From contig CAVFIO010000001.1 in assembly GCA_963622535.1 (NCBI GenBank), positions 8,141-72,069 on the forward strand: a stretch of 63,929 nt of DNA. The letters run 5' to 3'. Positions 34,617-45,142 of this stretch are shown here, piece by piece (position 1 is the stretch's first letter; every line of letters begins with the position of its first letter). The position numbers and the translations under genes are program-made. The notes under the pieces were generated by a model. The model did not search any database and was not told the origin of the DNA. It saw only the letters and a program-made list of their open reading frames with translations. The DNA is from Akkermansia muciniphila (GTDB taxonomy: Bacteria; Pseudomonadota; Gammaproteobacteria; Enterobacterales; Succinivibrionaceae).

Positions 34617-37454
34617 ATGGATAAAATTACTATCCGCGGTGCCAGAACGCACAACCTAAAAAATATAAATGTGGAATTGCCTCGCAATAAGCTGGTGGTG
34701 ATCACCGGCTTAAGCGGCTCAGGTAAGTCATCTTTGGCATTTGATACCCTCTATGCGGAGGGACAGCGCCGTTACGTGGAATCATTGTCATCCTATGCCA
34801 GACAGTTTTTACAGATGTCTGACAAGCCTGATGTGGATTCCATTGATGGATTATCTCCGGCAATTTCAATTGAACAGAAATCCACCTCGCATAATCCGCG
34901 TTCAACCGTAGGCACTATAACTGAAATTTATGACTATCTGCGTTTGATGTGGGCCCGTGTAGGTGAGGCCCGCTGTCCTGAGCATGGTACAGTGCTGAAG
35001 GCGCAGACGGTAACCGAGATCACCGATACCGTTATGTCGCTGCCTGAGGGGGCTAAGTATATGATCCTCTCTCCGGTGGTACGAGGACGTAAGGGAGAGT
35101 ATCGTCAGTTATTTTCAGATCTGGCACGCGATGGTTTTATAAGAGCGCGTGTGGATGGTGAGATCATCGAGTTATCCGATCCTCCTGAGCTTGGACTGCG
35201 TATCAAGCACAATATCGATATTGTTGTAGACCGTTTCAAAATCCGTGCAGATATCCGTCAGCGAGTGGCTGATTCTGTTGAGACTGCCTTGAAGTATGCT
35301 GATGGTCTTTGCCTTGCTGTTCCCATGGATGAGCATGAGAGCAAGGATGAGATCCTTTTTTCATCCCGTTACTCCTGTCCTGAGTGCGGCTATTCAATTC
35401 CCGAGCTTGAGCCGCGTGATTTCTCCTTCAATAATCCCCATGGTGCCTGCCCCAAATGCAGCGGTCTTGGGGTGCAGATGGTTTTTGATGAGAAGAAAAT
35501 CGTTCCTGATGAAAACAAGTCTGTATTTGAAGGTGCCATTGCAGGATGGGATCGCCGTTATGCCTTCTTTTTCAGATATCTTGAGCAGGTATCGGGCCAC
35601 TACAAGATAGATTTGCATAAGCCCTGGTCAGAGCTTAAGCGCAATGAGCAGAAACTTTTCTTATACGGTACTGGCGATGAAAGCATACCTATGGAATTTC
35701 GTACCCATAGCAAGGTCGAGAAGCGTTTTGAGCCGTTTGAGGGAGTGATCCCCAATTATGAAAGACGTTTGCATGAGACTGAATCTGACTATGTGCGTGA
35801 ATACATTGCAACACTCATGACACCTCTCACCTGTCCTGATTGTGGTGGTGCCCGCTTAAAGCGTGAATATCGTAATGTTTTTATTCAGGATAAATCCTTA
35901 AACGATGTCTGTTCCATGTCTATTCAGGAAAGTTTCGACTTTTTTGATTCATTGAAGTTTGGCGAGCAGCAGGGAACTATTGCAAGACGACTTTTAAAGG
36001 AAATTAAGAGCCGTCTGTCCTTCCTTATCAATGTAGGTCTTGGCTATCTGACCTTATCACGCTCAGCCGAAACCCTGTCAGGCGGCGAGGCTCAGCGTAT
36101 CCGTCTGGCCTCTCAGATCGGTGCTGGGTTAACCGGTGTTATGTATACCTTAGACGAGCCTTCTATTGGTCTGCATCAGCGTGATAATGCACGTCTTATC
36201 GATGCCCTGAAGCATCTGCGCGATCTTGGTAACAGTGTCATCGTAGTTGAGCATGATGAAGATACGATGAGAGCTGCCGACTGTATCGTAGATATTGGAC
36301 CTGGTGCCGGGGTACATGGTGGTACTGTTGTAGCGCAGGGAAGTGTTGAGGATCTTGAAAATAACAAGGCATCATTAACCGGTGATTATCTGGCAGGTCG
36401 CAAGCGTATTGTGATCCCTAAAAAGAGAGTTGCTCCTAAAAAAGGCAAGGAGCTGATCTTAGAGGGCTGTATTGGCAATAACCTCAAGAACATCACTGCC
36501 AAATTTCCTGTAGGCTGTTTTATTGTGGTAACCGGTGTCTCAGGCTCAGGTAAATCCACCCTGATAAACGATACCTTAGTTAGAGCTGCCGAGCGTGCCT
36601 TAAATAAGGTAACTGCCAATGACGAGCCGGCACCCTGCAAGAGCATTAAGGGATTAGAGCATTTTGATAAGATTATTTGTATCGATCAAAGTCCTATCGG
36701 CCGTACTCCTCGTTCAAATCCTGCAACCTATGTTGGGCTTTTTTCTGATATCAGATCGTTATTTGCCAAGGTTCCTGAGGCCCGTGCCCGCGGTTATGGC
36801 CCGGGACGTTTTTCCTTTAACGTCAAAGGCGGACGCTGTGAGGCCTGCCAAGGTGACGGTACTATCCGTGTATCCATGAATTTTATGGCAGATGTGTTCG
36901 TTAAATGTGAGCAGTGTAACGGCGAACGCTATAACCGCGAGACTTTGGAGATTAAATACAAGGGTAAGAGTATTTCCGAGGTTCTCAACATGAATGTTGA
37001 GGAGGCCTTGCAGTTTTTCGAGGCTGTTCCTGCAATTGCCAACAAGCTGCGTACCTTATCTGAGGTTGGCTTATCTTATATTACTCTGGGGCAGGCTGCT
37101 ACCACCTTCTCAGGAGGTGAGGCTCAGCGTATCAAGCTGTCTAAGGAATTATCAAAGAGAGCTACCGGCAAGACCTTGTATGTGCTTGATGAGCCTACTA
37201 CCGGCCTGCATTTTTATGATGTACAGCAGCTGTTAAAGGTTTTACTTGAGCTGCGTGATCAGGGCAATACTGTGATTGTCATTGAGCATAATCTTGATGT
37301 AATTAAGAGCGCCGATCACATCATAGATTTGGGACCTGAAGGCGGCAGTGGTGGTGGAACCGTGATAGCATGTGGTACACCTGAGGAAATTGCCAAATGC
37401 GATGCTTCCTACACCGGACAATTTTTAAAACCTATTTTGAAACGTGGGTACTAG
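34617..37454 (+). CDS. uvrA: Excinuclease ABC subunit A
   Basis: [14 protein letters not shown], two [12 protein letters not shown] signatures, zinc fingers. Confidence 0.98.
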   Translation: MDKITIRGARTHNLKNINVELPRNKLVVITGLSGSGKSSLAFDTLYAEGQRRYVESLSSYARQFLQMSDKPDVDSIDGLSPAISIEQKSTSHNPRSTVGTITEIYDYLRLMWARVGEARCPEHGTVLKAQTVTEITDTVMSLPEGAKYMILSPVVRGRKGEYRQLFSDLARDGFIRARVDGEIIELSDPPELGLRIKHNIDIVVDRFKIRADIRQRVADSVETALKYADGLCLAVPMDEHESKDEILFSSRYSCPECGYSIPELEPRDFSFNNPHGACPKCSGLGVQMVFDEKKIVPDENKSVFEGAIAGWDRRYAFFFRYLEQVSGHYKIDLHKPWSELKRNEQKLFLYGTGDESIPMEFRTHSKVEKRFEPFEGVIPNYERRLHETESDYVREYIATLMTPLTCPDCGGARLKREYRNVFIQDKSLNDVCSMSIQESFDFFDSLKFGEQQGTIARRLLKEIKSRLSFLINVGLGYLTLSRSAETLSGGEAQRIRLASQIGAGLTGVMYTLDEPSIGLHQRDNARLIDALKHLRDLGNSVIVVEHDEDTMRAADCIVDIGPGAGVHGGTVVAQGSVEDLENNKASLTGDYLAGRKRIVIPKKRVAPKKGKELILEGCIGNNLKNITAKFPVGCFIVVTGVSGSGKSTLINDTLVRAAERALNKVTANDEPAPCKSIKGLEHFDKIICIDQSPIGRTPRSNPATYVGLFSDIRSLFAKVPEARARGYGPGRFSFNVKGGRCEACQGDGTIRVSMNFMADVFVKCEQCNGERYNRETLEIKYKGKSISEVLNMNVEEALQFFEAVPAIANKLRTLSEVGLSYITLGQAATTFSGGEAQRIKLSKELSKRATGKTLYVLDEPTTGLHFYDVQQLLKVLLELRDQGNTVIVIEHNLDVIKSADHIIDLGPEGGSGGGTVIACGTPEEIAKCDASYTGQFLKPILKRGY

Positions 37455-37468
37455 ACTAGGAGAAGACC

Positions 37469-37867
37469 ATGTACGAATTAACACAAAAAGAACACGATGC
37501 AGTGTTGCAGTTAAATGCCGAGTACCGTCGTTCATATTTCATGAGCAAGGCTTTAGAGCAAGGTGGTTTCTACATCATTACTGATGACGAAGGTCCTTTT
37601 ATGCTTGAGGATTTGGATACTGATGAGGAAGATGAAAAGGCTACTGTATTGCCTGTGTTTGCTCATGAGGATTTTGCCAATGAGTTTATTGCAAGTGCTG
37701 AAAATCTCAAGGGATTCAAGGCTCAGTTTGTGACTAATGAAGCTTTTAACAATAGCTGGCTTGAAATGCTAAATTCTAATGAAATCCTGCTTGGATTTAT
37801 GCCTGTTGGTGGTGGTGAGTTTGAAATCTCCGCACCTGATCCTATTGTTGTGGCTACTCAGGCTTAG
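37469..37867 (+). CDS. Conserved hypothetical protein, DUF2750-like
   Basis: AGGAG RBS; E..AVL.L.AE.R..YF and LPVF..E.FA pattern recalled for DUF2750. Confidence 0.55.
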   Translation: MYELTQKEHDAVLQLNAEYRRSYFMSKALEQGGFYIITDDEGPFMLEDLDTDEEDEKATVLPVFAHEDFANEFIASAENLKGFKAQFVTNEAFNNSWLEMLNSNEILLGFMPVGGGEFEISAPDPIVVATQA

Positions 37868-37946
37868 CAAGAGTATTTTTACTTTCTGAACACGTTTCCA
37901 ATCGTTATTGTCTTAGCTTGTGTTCATAATCTAACCTCAGTACAGC

Positions 37947-37983
37947 AATCCTTCCTTGATGTAACTTCAGGGAGGGATTTTTT
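37947..37983 (+). terminator. Intrinsic terminator of the uvrA transcript
   Basis: AATCCTTCCTTGA...TCAGGGAGGGATT plus T run. Confidence 0.65.
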
Positions 37984-38100
37984 CTCAAAAAACACATCTT
38001 AATTCATTCTTAAAAATTGATGAAAAGAATCTGCTCTTGAAGATCCCTCTTGGTTATCTGCTGTTAATTAACTGCTTGAAAAAAATAGGGCAGGATAATA

Positions 38101-38150
38101 GTCAAGTAAAAATTAATTTTACTTGACATGATTAAAATGAAGAATATAGT
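38101..38150 (+). promoter_or_regulatory. Promoter with overlapping inverted-repeat operator
   Basis: GTCAAGTAAAA-attaa-TTTTACTTGAC overlapping TTGACA (38123-38128); TATAGT 16 nt downstream. Confidence 0.7.
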
Positions 38151-38170
38151 GTTACCTGAGGGGATGTAAT

Positions 38171-38869
38171 ATGAACAGTTATGCAAAATACATTGAAAAT
38201 ATGATTGGACAGGAGCCCGAAAATACGCTTCTGGAGGCAAGTGTTTTGTATCGAAAATTATTTAGCTCAGTTCCTGAATTGTCATACTACAAGACTTTGG
38301 AAAGAATGACTAAGCAACGCGCTCTTGTTCACCTTGCGAAAGGGATCTATTACAGACCTAAAAAATCCAGATTCGGATTGATTCCTATCAGCGAAAACGA
38401 AATTGTCAGACATTATACGAGTGATGCTAGGGGTATAGTTGTAGGCTATAAGTTATATAACCAGAAAGGTTTGACAACGCAGATCAGTAAACGTGTTGAA
38501 GTTCTGTCTTCAGCTCTCTCAGAGCAAAAGAAAAATATAAATAACGTATATGTTAGAAACTGTGGACTGAAATTTACAGAAAATACAATTCCTGTGATAG
38601 AGACCTTGGAGATCTTGCAGAACTATAACCATATTGAGGATATCAACAAGTCGGCACTTGTTGGCTATATGAAGGAATTTTCATTAACTTACTGCGATTC
38701 TGCTGCAGTCTATGTTCTGAAAAATTGGAAATACAAAAAATCAACAATTGCTTTTCTTGAGAGCTTTCTTGAATTTTTCCATATCAGCAATACTCTAAAT
38801 CAGTTTCTTTCAACACTCTCATCCTATGCGATCCCTAAAATAGAGGAGTTGTATGGTGAGAGTAAATAG
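38171..38869 (+). CDS. AbiEi/DUF6088-like antitoxin or transcriptional regulator (orphan)
   Basis: wHTH-like L.R......L..LAKGIYYRPKKSRFG and G...YNQ.GLTTQ; more AT-rich than flanking genes. Confidence 0.7.
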   Translation: MNSYAKYIENMIGQEPENTLLEASVLYRKLFSSVPELSYYKTLERMTKQRALVHLAKGIYYRPKKSRFGLIPISENEIVRHYTSDARGIVVGYKLYNQKGLTTQISKRVEVLSSALSEQKKNINNVYVRNCGLKFTENTIPVIETLEILQNYNHIEDINKSALVGYMKEFSLTYCDSAAVYVLKNWKYKKSTIAFLESFLEFFHISNTLNQFLSTLSSYAIPKIEELYGESK

Positions 38870-38895
38870 TTTGAGCTTTATGTAGTTAGTTCTGA

Positions 38896-39924
38896 TTATT
38901 CCTGATATGGTTCAGTTCCCTCAAGTTTACATTTGTCCAACATCTTTTCACGATGGGCAAGCTGCCAGGAGTTGACGCAGTTTTGCCAAAGAATATAGCA
39001 GCCTGGTGCAATTACCGCGGCAGGATGCATGAAAGACAAAGCTACCCATAATCCAAATACACCATTTCTCTGACCAAAGGCCTGACCTGCACTGATACGC
39101 TGATGAGTGAGGTTGCCATATCCCTTGCCAAGGCCAAAGTGGAGTGCGGTGGTTAAGAAGCCAACAGCAGCCATAGCTAGTAAGGTTCCAGCACTCTCTG
39201 GTGAGTTTACGATACATGAAAAAGTACGGGAGGAAACTGAGCATAGGCATACTGCCCAGATATAGAAGGACAATCCTCTTAATTTAGTGACAATGAAATG
39301 ATGTAGAGGCTTTACAAAGGCTTTGGTCAGGAAGGCCAGGATCAAAGGTAAAACGATCACTGGGAAAATTCTTCCTGCAATTACCATGAATTCCTGAACG
39401 AAAGTTCCTGACAGACGGTTTGTAAAGAAAGGGAAAAAGAAAGGAATTGTTAAGGCGCATAGGACATTGCCAATTAATACACCTGTAACAATTGATGCTT
39501 CATTACCACCAAGTCTGCCACCAATGACACCTGCAGCAGCTGCTGGCGGCATGATAAGACACATGATAGTACCCTGAATTAAGGCGTTATATGGTGTGTC
39601 TGGAACAAAGTGCAAATAAAGAGACAGCGCACCTGTTGAAGAAACCATCAGTCCAAAGAGCACTACATGCCATTTGCGTGGCTTCATATCACGAATGTTT
39701 ACCTTGCAAAATGACAGGTAAAGCATCGAGAATATGAGATAAGGAAGAACGCGATCGCTAAAGAAGTAGGCAGCAGGCTTAAGTGTTTCCATAGCCGGTA
39801 TAAAGTGGAAGAGACAGAATATTGTTCCACCGCAGCCGATGGCGATAAAAAGAATATTTACGCGTATGAAGCGTAAGACCTGCATTAATCTTGTTTGCTC
39901 TTGCATTGAATTCTGATTATTCAT
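38896..39924 (-). CDS. Bile acid:sodium symporter (BASS)-family membrane transporter
   Basis: About 9-10 TM segments; P.AAAA.VI...LGG, GQ.FGQ.N, Y.LWQN..NS.QL. Confidence 0.65.
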   Translation of the reverse strand: MNNQNSMQEQTRLMQVLRFIRVNILFIAIGCGGTIFCLFHFIPAMETLKPAAYFFSDRVLPYLIFSMLYLSFCKVNIRDMKPRKWHVVLFGLMVSSTGALSLYLHFVPDTPYNALIQGTIMCLIMPPAAAAGVIGGRLGGNEASIVTGVLIGNVLCALTIPFFFPFFTNRLSGTFVQEFMVIAGRIFPVIVLPLILAFLTKAFVKPLHHFIVTKLRGLSFYIWAVCLCSVSSRTFSCIVNSPESAGTLLAMAAVGFLTTALHFGLGKGYGNLTHQRISAGQAFGQRNGVFGLWVALSFMHPAAVIAPGCYILWQNCVNSWQLAHREKMLDKCKLEGTEPYQE

Positions 39925-40070
39925 GTTTTGCGTAACATTGTGACAAATGATGGTGGATTTTCTGCTTTATTGTGTGATAAGGCAATAGCCAAACAATAAA
40001 AATCACCAAAAACACGCAGGCGAATCTTGTTGTATGATCTACCAAAGCTAATTTACGTAATGAGGATGGT

Positions 40071-41429
40071 ATGCACGATTTTAACGCTGAGATTTTTGAG
40101 CGCGAGCAGAAGATGAAGAATATTGCTGGCACTGCCGTACAGATGGCTTTGGATGCTGGTGCTGACGAATGCGTTGTTGCCGCAGGCTGTGCTCAGGGCA
40201 TCAGTGTTTCAAGTCGTAATGGTGAGGTTGAAAACATTGAATTTAACCGTGATAACGGCATGTCCATCACCGTATATAAGGATCATCGCAAGGGCAGTGC
40301 GTCTACTACTGATCTAAGCGCTGAAGCCCTGCGCCAGACAGCAGAATCCGCTGTTTCTCTAGCATCATTTTCTGATCCAGATGATTGTGCTGGTCTTCCT
40401 GATAAAGATCGTTTGTGCGCAGCTTTTCGTGATTTTCATACTCTATATGAAGGCTTTAAGTCACCAGATGATGCCGTGGCTCTGGCTGTAAAGCTTGATA
40501 AGCTTGGTATTGAAGATAAAAGCGCAGGACTTAAGAATTCAGATGGAGCCTCGGTTGACTATGCCTTCTACAATCACTGTATGGCAAATTCCTTAGGTTT
40601 TTGCAGAGTGTCATCATCAAGCATGGCGTCTGCTTCCTTAACCTTATTAGGAGAAGCTCAGGGCAAGATGCAACGCGGATCCGGTTTTACTATTGCTCGT
40701 TCTCCTTCCAATTTATATACACCGGAGATGGTTGAAGAGGAAGCTCGTAAGCGTACTTTAAATAAGCTTAATGCGGTAACGGTTAAAACAGGTAAGTACA
40801 ATGTGATTTTTAGCCGTTCTGCTGTACAGTCTTTGATGGGACATATCACCTCTGCAATATCAGGAGGACATATTTACCGTCGCAGTTCCTTCTTATGTGA
40901 TCGCCTGGGAACACAGATTTTGCCATCTTATGTAACCTTGCATGAGGATCCGTTTATAGATGGTGCCTTTGGTTCAAAAAACTGTGATTCTGAAGGTGTT
41001 GCTGTAGAGCAGGCTGATTTGGTCCGTGATGGAATTCTTAATGAATATCTCTTATCTTCATATTCTGCACGCAAATTAAAAATGCAGACCAATGGTCACG
41101 CAGGCGGTACCCATAATCTGTTTGTAAATTTTGATGCCGAGCATACTAAGAGCTTTGATGAGCTTCTTGATGAAGCCGGGGAAGGTATCGTCATTGAAGA
41201 ACTCATGGGGCAGGGCGTAGATCTCACCTCCGGCAATTATTCACGCGGAGCTGCTGGTTTCTATTTTAAAAACGGCAGGCGTGAATACGCAGTCTCCGAG
41301 ATCACAGTTGCAGGTAATCTTAAGGATATGTTTATGCAAATGGCCCTGATAGGTGATGATCGTGATCCGCGATATAAAATGCAGACTGGCTCTGTTTTGA
41401 TCCCGGATATGACAATTTCCGGATCCTAG
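40071..41429 (+). CDS. pmbA: TldE/PmbA metalloprotease partner
   Basis: RKGSASTTDLS, D.EGV, YSARKL, GQGV....G.YSRGA.GF; no HExxxH motif. Confidence 0.93.
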   Translation: MHDFNAEIFEREQKMKNIAGTAVQMALDAGADECVVAAGCAQGISVSSRNGEVENIEFNRDNGMSITVYKDHRKGSASTTDLSAEALRQTAESAVSLASFSDPDDCAGLPDKDRLCAAFRDFHTLYEGFKSPDDAVALAVKLDKLGIEDKSAGLKNSDGASVDYAFYNHCMANSLGFCRVSSSSMASASLTLLGEAQGKMQRGSGFTIARSPSNLYTPEMVEEEARKRTLNKLNAVTVKTGKYNVIFSRSAVQSLMGHITSAISGGHIYRRSSFLCDRLGTQILPSYVTLHEDPFIDGAFGSKNCDSEGVAVEQADLVRDGILNEYLLSSYSARKLKMQTNGHAGGTHNLFVNFDAEHTKSFDELLDEAGEGIVIEELMGQGVDLTSGNYSRGAAGFYFKNGRREYAVSEITVAGNLKDMFMQMALIGDDRDPRYKMQTGSVLIPDMTISGS

Positions 41430-41461
41430 TTTTTAGCATATGCATTTTAGGAGTTGCTCTG

Positions 41462-42244
41462 ATGCCAAGGTTTGCCGCTAATCTCACCATGCTCTTTAAG
41501 GAGCATGCTTTCCTTGAGCGTTTTGAACTGGCTGCAAGAAATGGCTTTGAGGCTGTAGAGTTTCTGTGGCCTTATGCGTATGAGAAAAAGGAATTAAAAA
41601 AGCTGCTTGATGATAATCATCTTAGCCTGGCGCTCTTTAATACCACTGCAGGTGATACTGCCGCAGGTGAATGGGGACATGCAGCACTTCCTGGACGTGA
41701 GGCCGACTTTCACAATGAAATGGAGCAGGCTTTAGATTATGCTGATGCACTGAAGTGTCGCACTGTTCATGTGATGTCAGCGGTAGTGCCCTTTGAATGT
41801 GAACGGGAGCTCTGTCATCAGGTTTTTGTGAGCAATATGCGCAAGGCTGCTGACAGAGCCTCAAAATTCGGTGTCACTTTAACCATGGAAGCGCTTTGCC
41901 CTGAGATCAAGCGTAACTATCTGTACTCATCTCAATACGAGACTATGGCATTGGCAAAAGAGATTGCCCGAGAAAATGTCAAAACTCAGCTTGATACCTT
42001 TCATGCGCAGATGGTTGACGGTAATTTAAGCAGACTCATACGTGATTTCAAAGGTGCCTATGCTCATGTTCAGATTGCGGCAGCTCCCTCAAGACATGAG
42101 CCTGATGAGGGCGAGATAAACTACGATTACATTTTTAAGCTACTAGATGACTGTGGCTATAAGGGCTATGTCGGATGTGAGTACAATCCTCGTACTACCA
42201 CTGAAGAGGGGCTTGGCTGGTTTCAAAAATGGCGTAAAAGATAG
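41462..42244 (+). CDS. Hydroxypyruvate isomerase / 2-oxo-tetronate isomerase family protein (Hyi/OtnI)
   Basis: MPRFAANL, GF.AVEFL.PY, D.FH.Q, HVQIA..P.RHEP..GEINY, GCEY. Confidence 0.88.
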   Translation: MPRFAANLTMLFKEHAFLERFELAARNGFEAVEFLWPYAYEKKELKKLLDDNHLSLALFNTTAGDTAAGEWGHAALPGREADFHNEMEQALDYADALKCRTVHVMSAVVPFECERELCHQVFVSNMRKAADRASKFGVTLTMEALCPEIKRNYLYSSQYETMALAKEIARENVKTQLDTFHAQMVDGNLSRLIRDFKGAYAHVQIAAAPSRHEPDEGEINYDYIFKLLDDCGYKGYVGCEYNPRTTTEEGLGWFQKWRKR

Positions 42245-42289
42245 GAATTTTGCTGACTTTTGCAGAGTCAATTGCGTTCTGAGTACAGG

Positions 42290-42317
42290 AAAAAAAGGGC
42301 TGGTAAATACCAGCCCG
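42290..42317 (-). terminator. Intrinsic terminator of gpmI
   Basis: GGGCTGGT-aaat-ACCAGCCC with an A run (U tract on the minus strand). Confidence 0.8.
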
Positions 42318-42340
42318 ATGTATCTTAGGAAGATTAGGTA

Positions 42341-43879
42341 TTAATCCAATTCAACGATGGACTTACCAGTCATTTCCTTAGGCTGCTCCATACCGATGAG
42401 CTTTAGGATGGTAGGAGCGAGATCGCACAGACGGCCATCATCACGCATCTTTGCCTTTCTGCCAACATAGATGAGAGGTACAGGCAAATTGGTGTGAGCG
42501 GTGTAAGGCTGACCGGTGGTCAAATCCTTCATGCGCTCGCAGTTACCGTGATCGGCGGTGATTAAGCACTCACCATCAACCTTTTTCAAGGACTCAACCA
42601 CGCGGCCGATGCAGTGGTCAACAGCTTCAACTGCCTTAACAGCAGCGTCGAATACACCGGTGTGGCCAACCATATCACCGTTAGGATAGTTGCAGATGAC
42701 AACGTCATACTTGCCAGACTCGATAGCAGCGCAGAGCTTGTCTGTTAATTCCTCTGAGCTCATCTCAGGCTGCAGATCATAGGTTGCAACCTTAGGTGAC
42801 TGGATCAGGGTGCGATCCTCACCTGGGAATACAGTCTCGACACCACCATTGAAGAAGAAGGTGACGTGAGCATATTTTTCAGTCTCGGAGATACGAAGCT
42901 GAGTCTTGCCGTGCTTGGAGAGCCACTCACCTAAAGTATTGGTGAGATCCTCAGGAGGATATGCGCATGCGGTCTTAATGTCGGCAGCATACTGAGTAAG
43001 CATGACAACGTCTGCCAAAGCAGGCTTGTATTCACGCTTAAAGCCAGTGAAATCGGCATCAGAGTTCACGAAGGCACGGGTGATCTGACGGGCACGGTCG
43101 GCGCGGAAGTTCATGAAGATCAGGCTGTCGCCATCTTCCATCTTAACAGGCTCACCAACAACAGATGCCTTGACGAATTCGTCGTTTTCACCGCGCTCGT
43201 AGGCGGCATTCAATGCCTCAGTAGCAGTTGCATATGCAGGGAATTCGCTCTTGGCTGCAGTTAAGAGATCATAGGCTGCCTGAACACGGTCCCAGCGGTT
43301 GTCACGATCCATGGCGTAATAACGGCCGATTAAAGAAACAATGCGGCCGGCACCTGCTTCCTTGAATACTTTCTCAAAGAAATCGATATCACCCTGAGCA
43401 GAACGGGGAGGAACGTCACGACCGTCAAGGAATGGGTGGAAGTAAATCTTATCAGCACCGCGTTTGGCAGCAAGCTGAATCATTGCGGCAATGTGTTTTT
43501 CGTGAGAGTGAACGCCACCTGGGGACATAAGACCCATGATGTGAACAGCCTTGCCTGCCTTTACAGCCTTGTCAACAGCGTCACAGAGAACCTTGTTCTC
43601 AAAGAAATCACCATCTTCAATAGCCTTGGTGATACGGGTTAATTCCTGATAAACAACACGACCTGCACCGATATTGGTGTGACCTACTTCGGAATTACCC
43701 ATCTGACCATCAGGCAAACCTACATAGATACCAGATGCCTGAATATCAGTGTGAGCGTAGTTTGCAGTCAATGCATCAAGGTTAGGGGTTTTAGCAGCAG
43801 CAACAGCGTTGAATTCCTGATTAGGGTTATCACCCCAGCCGTCCATGATGATGAGTGCGAAAGTTTTCTTCTTTTCCAT
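42341..43879 (-). CDS. gpmI: 2,3-BPG-independent phosphoglycerate mutase
   Basis: [45 protein letters not shown]. Confidence 0.97.
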   Translation of the reverse strand: MEKKKTFALIIMDGWGDNPNQEFNAVAAAKTPNLDALTANYAHTDIQASGIYVGLPDGQMGNSEVGHTNIGAGRVVYQELTRITKAIEDGDFFENKVLCDAVDKAVKAGKAVHIMGLMSPGGVHSHEKHIAAMIQLAAKRGADKIYFHPFLDGRDVPPRSAQGDIDFFEKVFKEAGAGRIVSLIGRYYAMDRDNRWDRVQAAYDLLTAAKSEFPAYATATEALNAAYERGENDEFVKASVVGEPVKMEDGDSLIFMNFRADRARQITRAFVNSDADFTGFKREYKPALADVVMLTQYAADIKTACAYPPEDLTNTLGEWLSKHGKTQLRISETEKYAHVTFFFNGGVETVFPGEDRTLIQSPKVATYDLQPEMSSEELTDKLCAAIESGKYDVVICNYPNGDMVGHTGVFDAAVKAVEAVDHCIGRVVESLKKVDGECLITADHGNCERMKDLTTGQPYTAHTNLPVPLIYVGRKAKMRDDGRLCDLAPTILKLIGMEQPKEMTGKSIVELD

Positions 43880-44107
43880 ATTAAAGATGTCTCTTGTTTG
43901 TGAAAGCTGACACTATTTTAGCGATTTCGCCAAAAAAATGGGCATTTTTCACCAAATCACTGTATGTTTAGTGCAGTTAGCTTGCACTAACTGTCATTTT
44001 ACTCTCTATTTACTGCACATATCTAACACAGGTAATTTTTTGCACGGCTCTCGTATGCTAAAATCACGAGATTGAAATTATTTAAGCTCTTCAATGTGAG
44101 GTGTGTT

Positions 44108-44569
44108 GTGGGAGATTTATTTTCAGCTGAATCCATGGCTGAATATTCCGCATTTTTTAGCCGTCACATGTTTATGTGTGTAGTGTGGATCGCAGCTTTT
44201 ATCGGTCTTATCTATGTACAGTTACGCATGTTAACAGCTAGGATCAAGAAGGTAAGCTCTACCGGGGCCACTTTCATGGTTAACCATGAGAACGGTTTGT
44301 ACGTTGACGTCAGATCTGCCCAGATGTTTCAGTCAGGTCATATCGCAGGCTCTGTGAATGTGTCCGCTGCGGATATCAAGTCAGGCAGGATCCAGCGTCT
44401 TGGTACCGATTTAAACCGTCCGCTCATTATGGTCGGTCGTGATAAATACGATTCCGATGCTTTCAATTCAGCCCGTCTTCTAAAGCAGCAGGGTTATACC
44501 AAGATCTTCTCTTTAGACGGCGGTATTGGTCAGTGGCAGGTGGATAACCTTCCTCTATCTATCAAGTAA
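44108..44569 (+). CDS. yibN: Rhodanese-like membrane protein YibN (start GTG 44108 or ATG 44135)
   Basis: N-terminal TM helix, DVR...F..GHI.GS, L.GG...W; upstream of secB. Confidence 0.8.
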   Translation: MGDLFSAESMAEYSAFFSRHMFMCVVWIAAFIGLIYVQLRMLTARIKKVSSTGATFMVNHENGLYVDVRSAQMFQSGHIAGSVNVSAADIKSGRIQRLGTDLNRPLIMVGRDKYDSDAFNSARLLKQQGYTKIFSLDGGIGQWQVDNLPLSIK

Positions 44570-44593
44570 TTTGTAACATAAGGATTTATCAAA

Positions 44594-45133
44594 ATGGCAG
44601 AAAATAACGCTAATCTTACCAATGAAGAAGGTGCAGTCGCACAGTCTAATTCTGAGCCTCAGCAGGCTCCTCAGCAGCCTACCTTTGAAGTAGTTCGTAT
44701 CTACGCAAAAGACTGCTCTTTAGAGACTCCTAATTCTCCTGCAATTTTCAGCGAGCAGTGGAAGCCCCAGATCAATATTGAGTTTGATGCTAAGCCTCAG
44801 TCACTTGGCAATGATATCTTTGAGATCGATTTGCGTGTTACTGTTACCTGCAAGGTTGGCGAGAAGACCGCTTTCATTGTTGAGGTTCATCAGGGTGGTT
44901 TATTCTTGGTTAAGAATGTTAGCGACGAGGCTGCTCACTATCTGTTAGGCGGTGTTGCTCCTAATATCCTTTATCCTTATGCCCGTGAGCATATTTCCTC
45001 TCTGGTCAATCGCGCATCATTCCCTGCTTTGAATCTGCGTCCTTTGAACTTTGAGGCTATTTACCGTGCTCGTCAGGCTGAAGCTGCTGCAAAGGCTGCC
45101 GAGGCTCAGAAGGGTGAGGAAGCTAAGGCTTAA
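44594..45133 (+). CDS. secB: Protein-export chaperone SecB
   Basis: IY.KD.S.E.PNSP, EV.Q.G.F, P.ILYPYARE, FP.LNL.P.NF. Confidence 0.95.
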   Translation: MAENNANLTNEEGAVAQSNSEPQQAPQQPTFEVVRIYAKDCSLETPNSPAIFSEQWKPQINIEFDAKPQSLGNDIFEIDLRVTVTCKVGEKTAFIVEVHQGGLFLVKNVSDEAAHYLLGGVAPNILYPYAREHISSLVNRASFPALNLRPLNFEAIYRARQAEAAAKAAEAQKGEEAKA

Positions 45134-45142
45134 TCCTCACTC

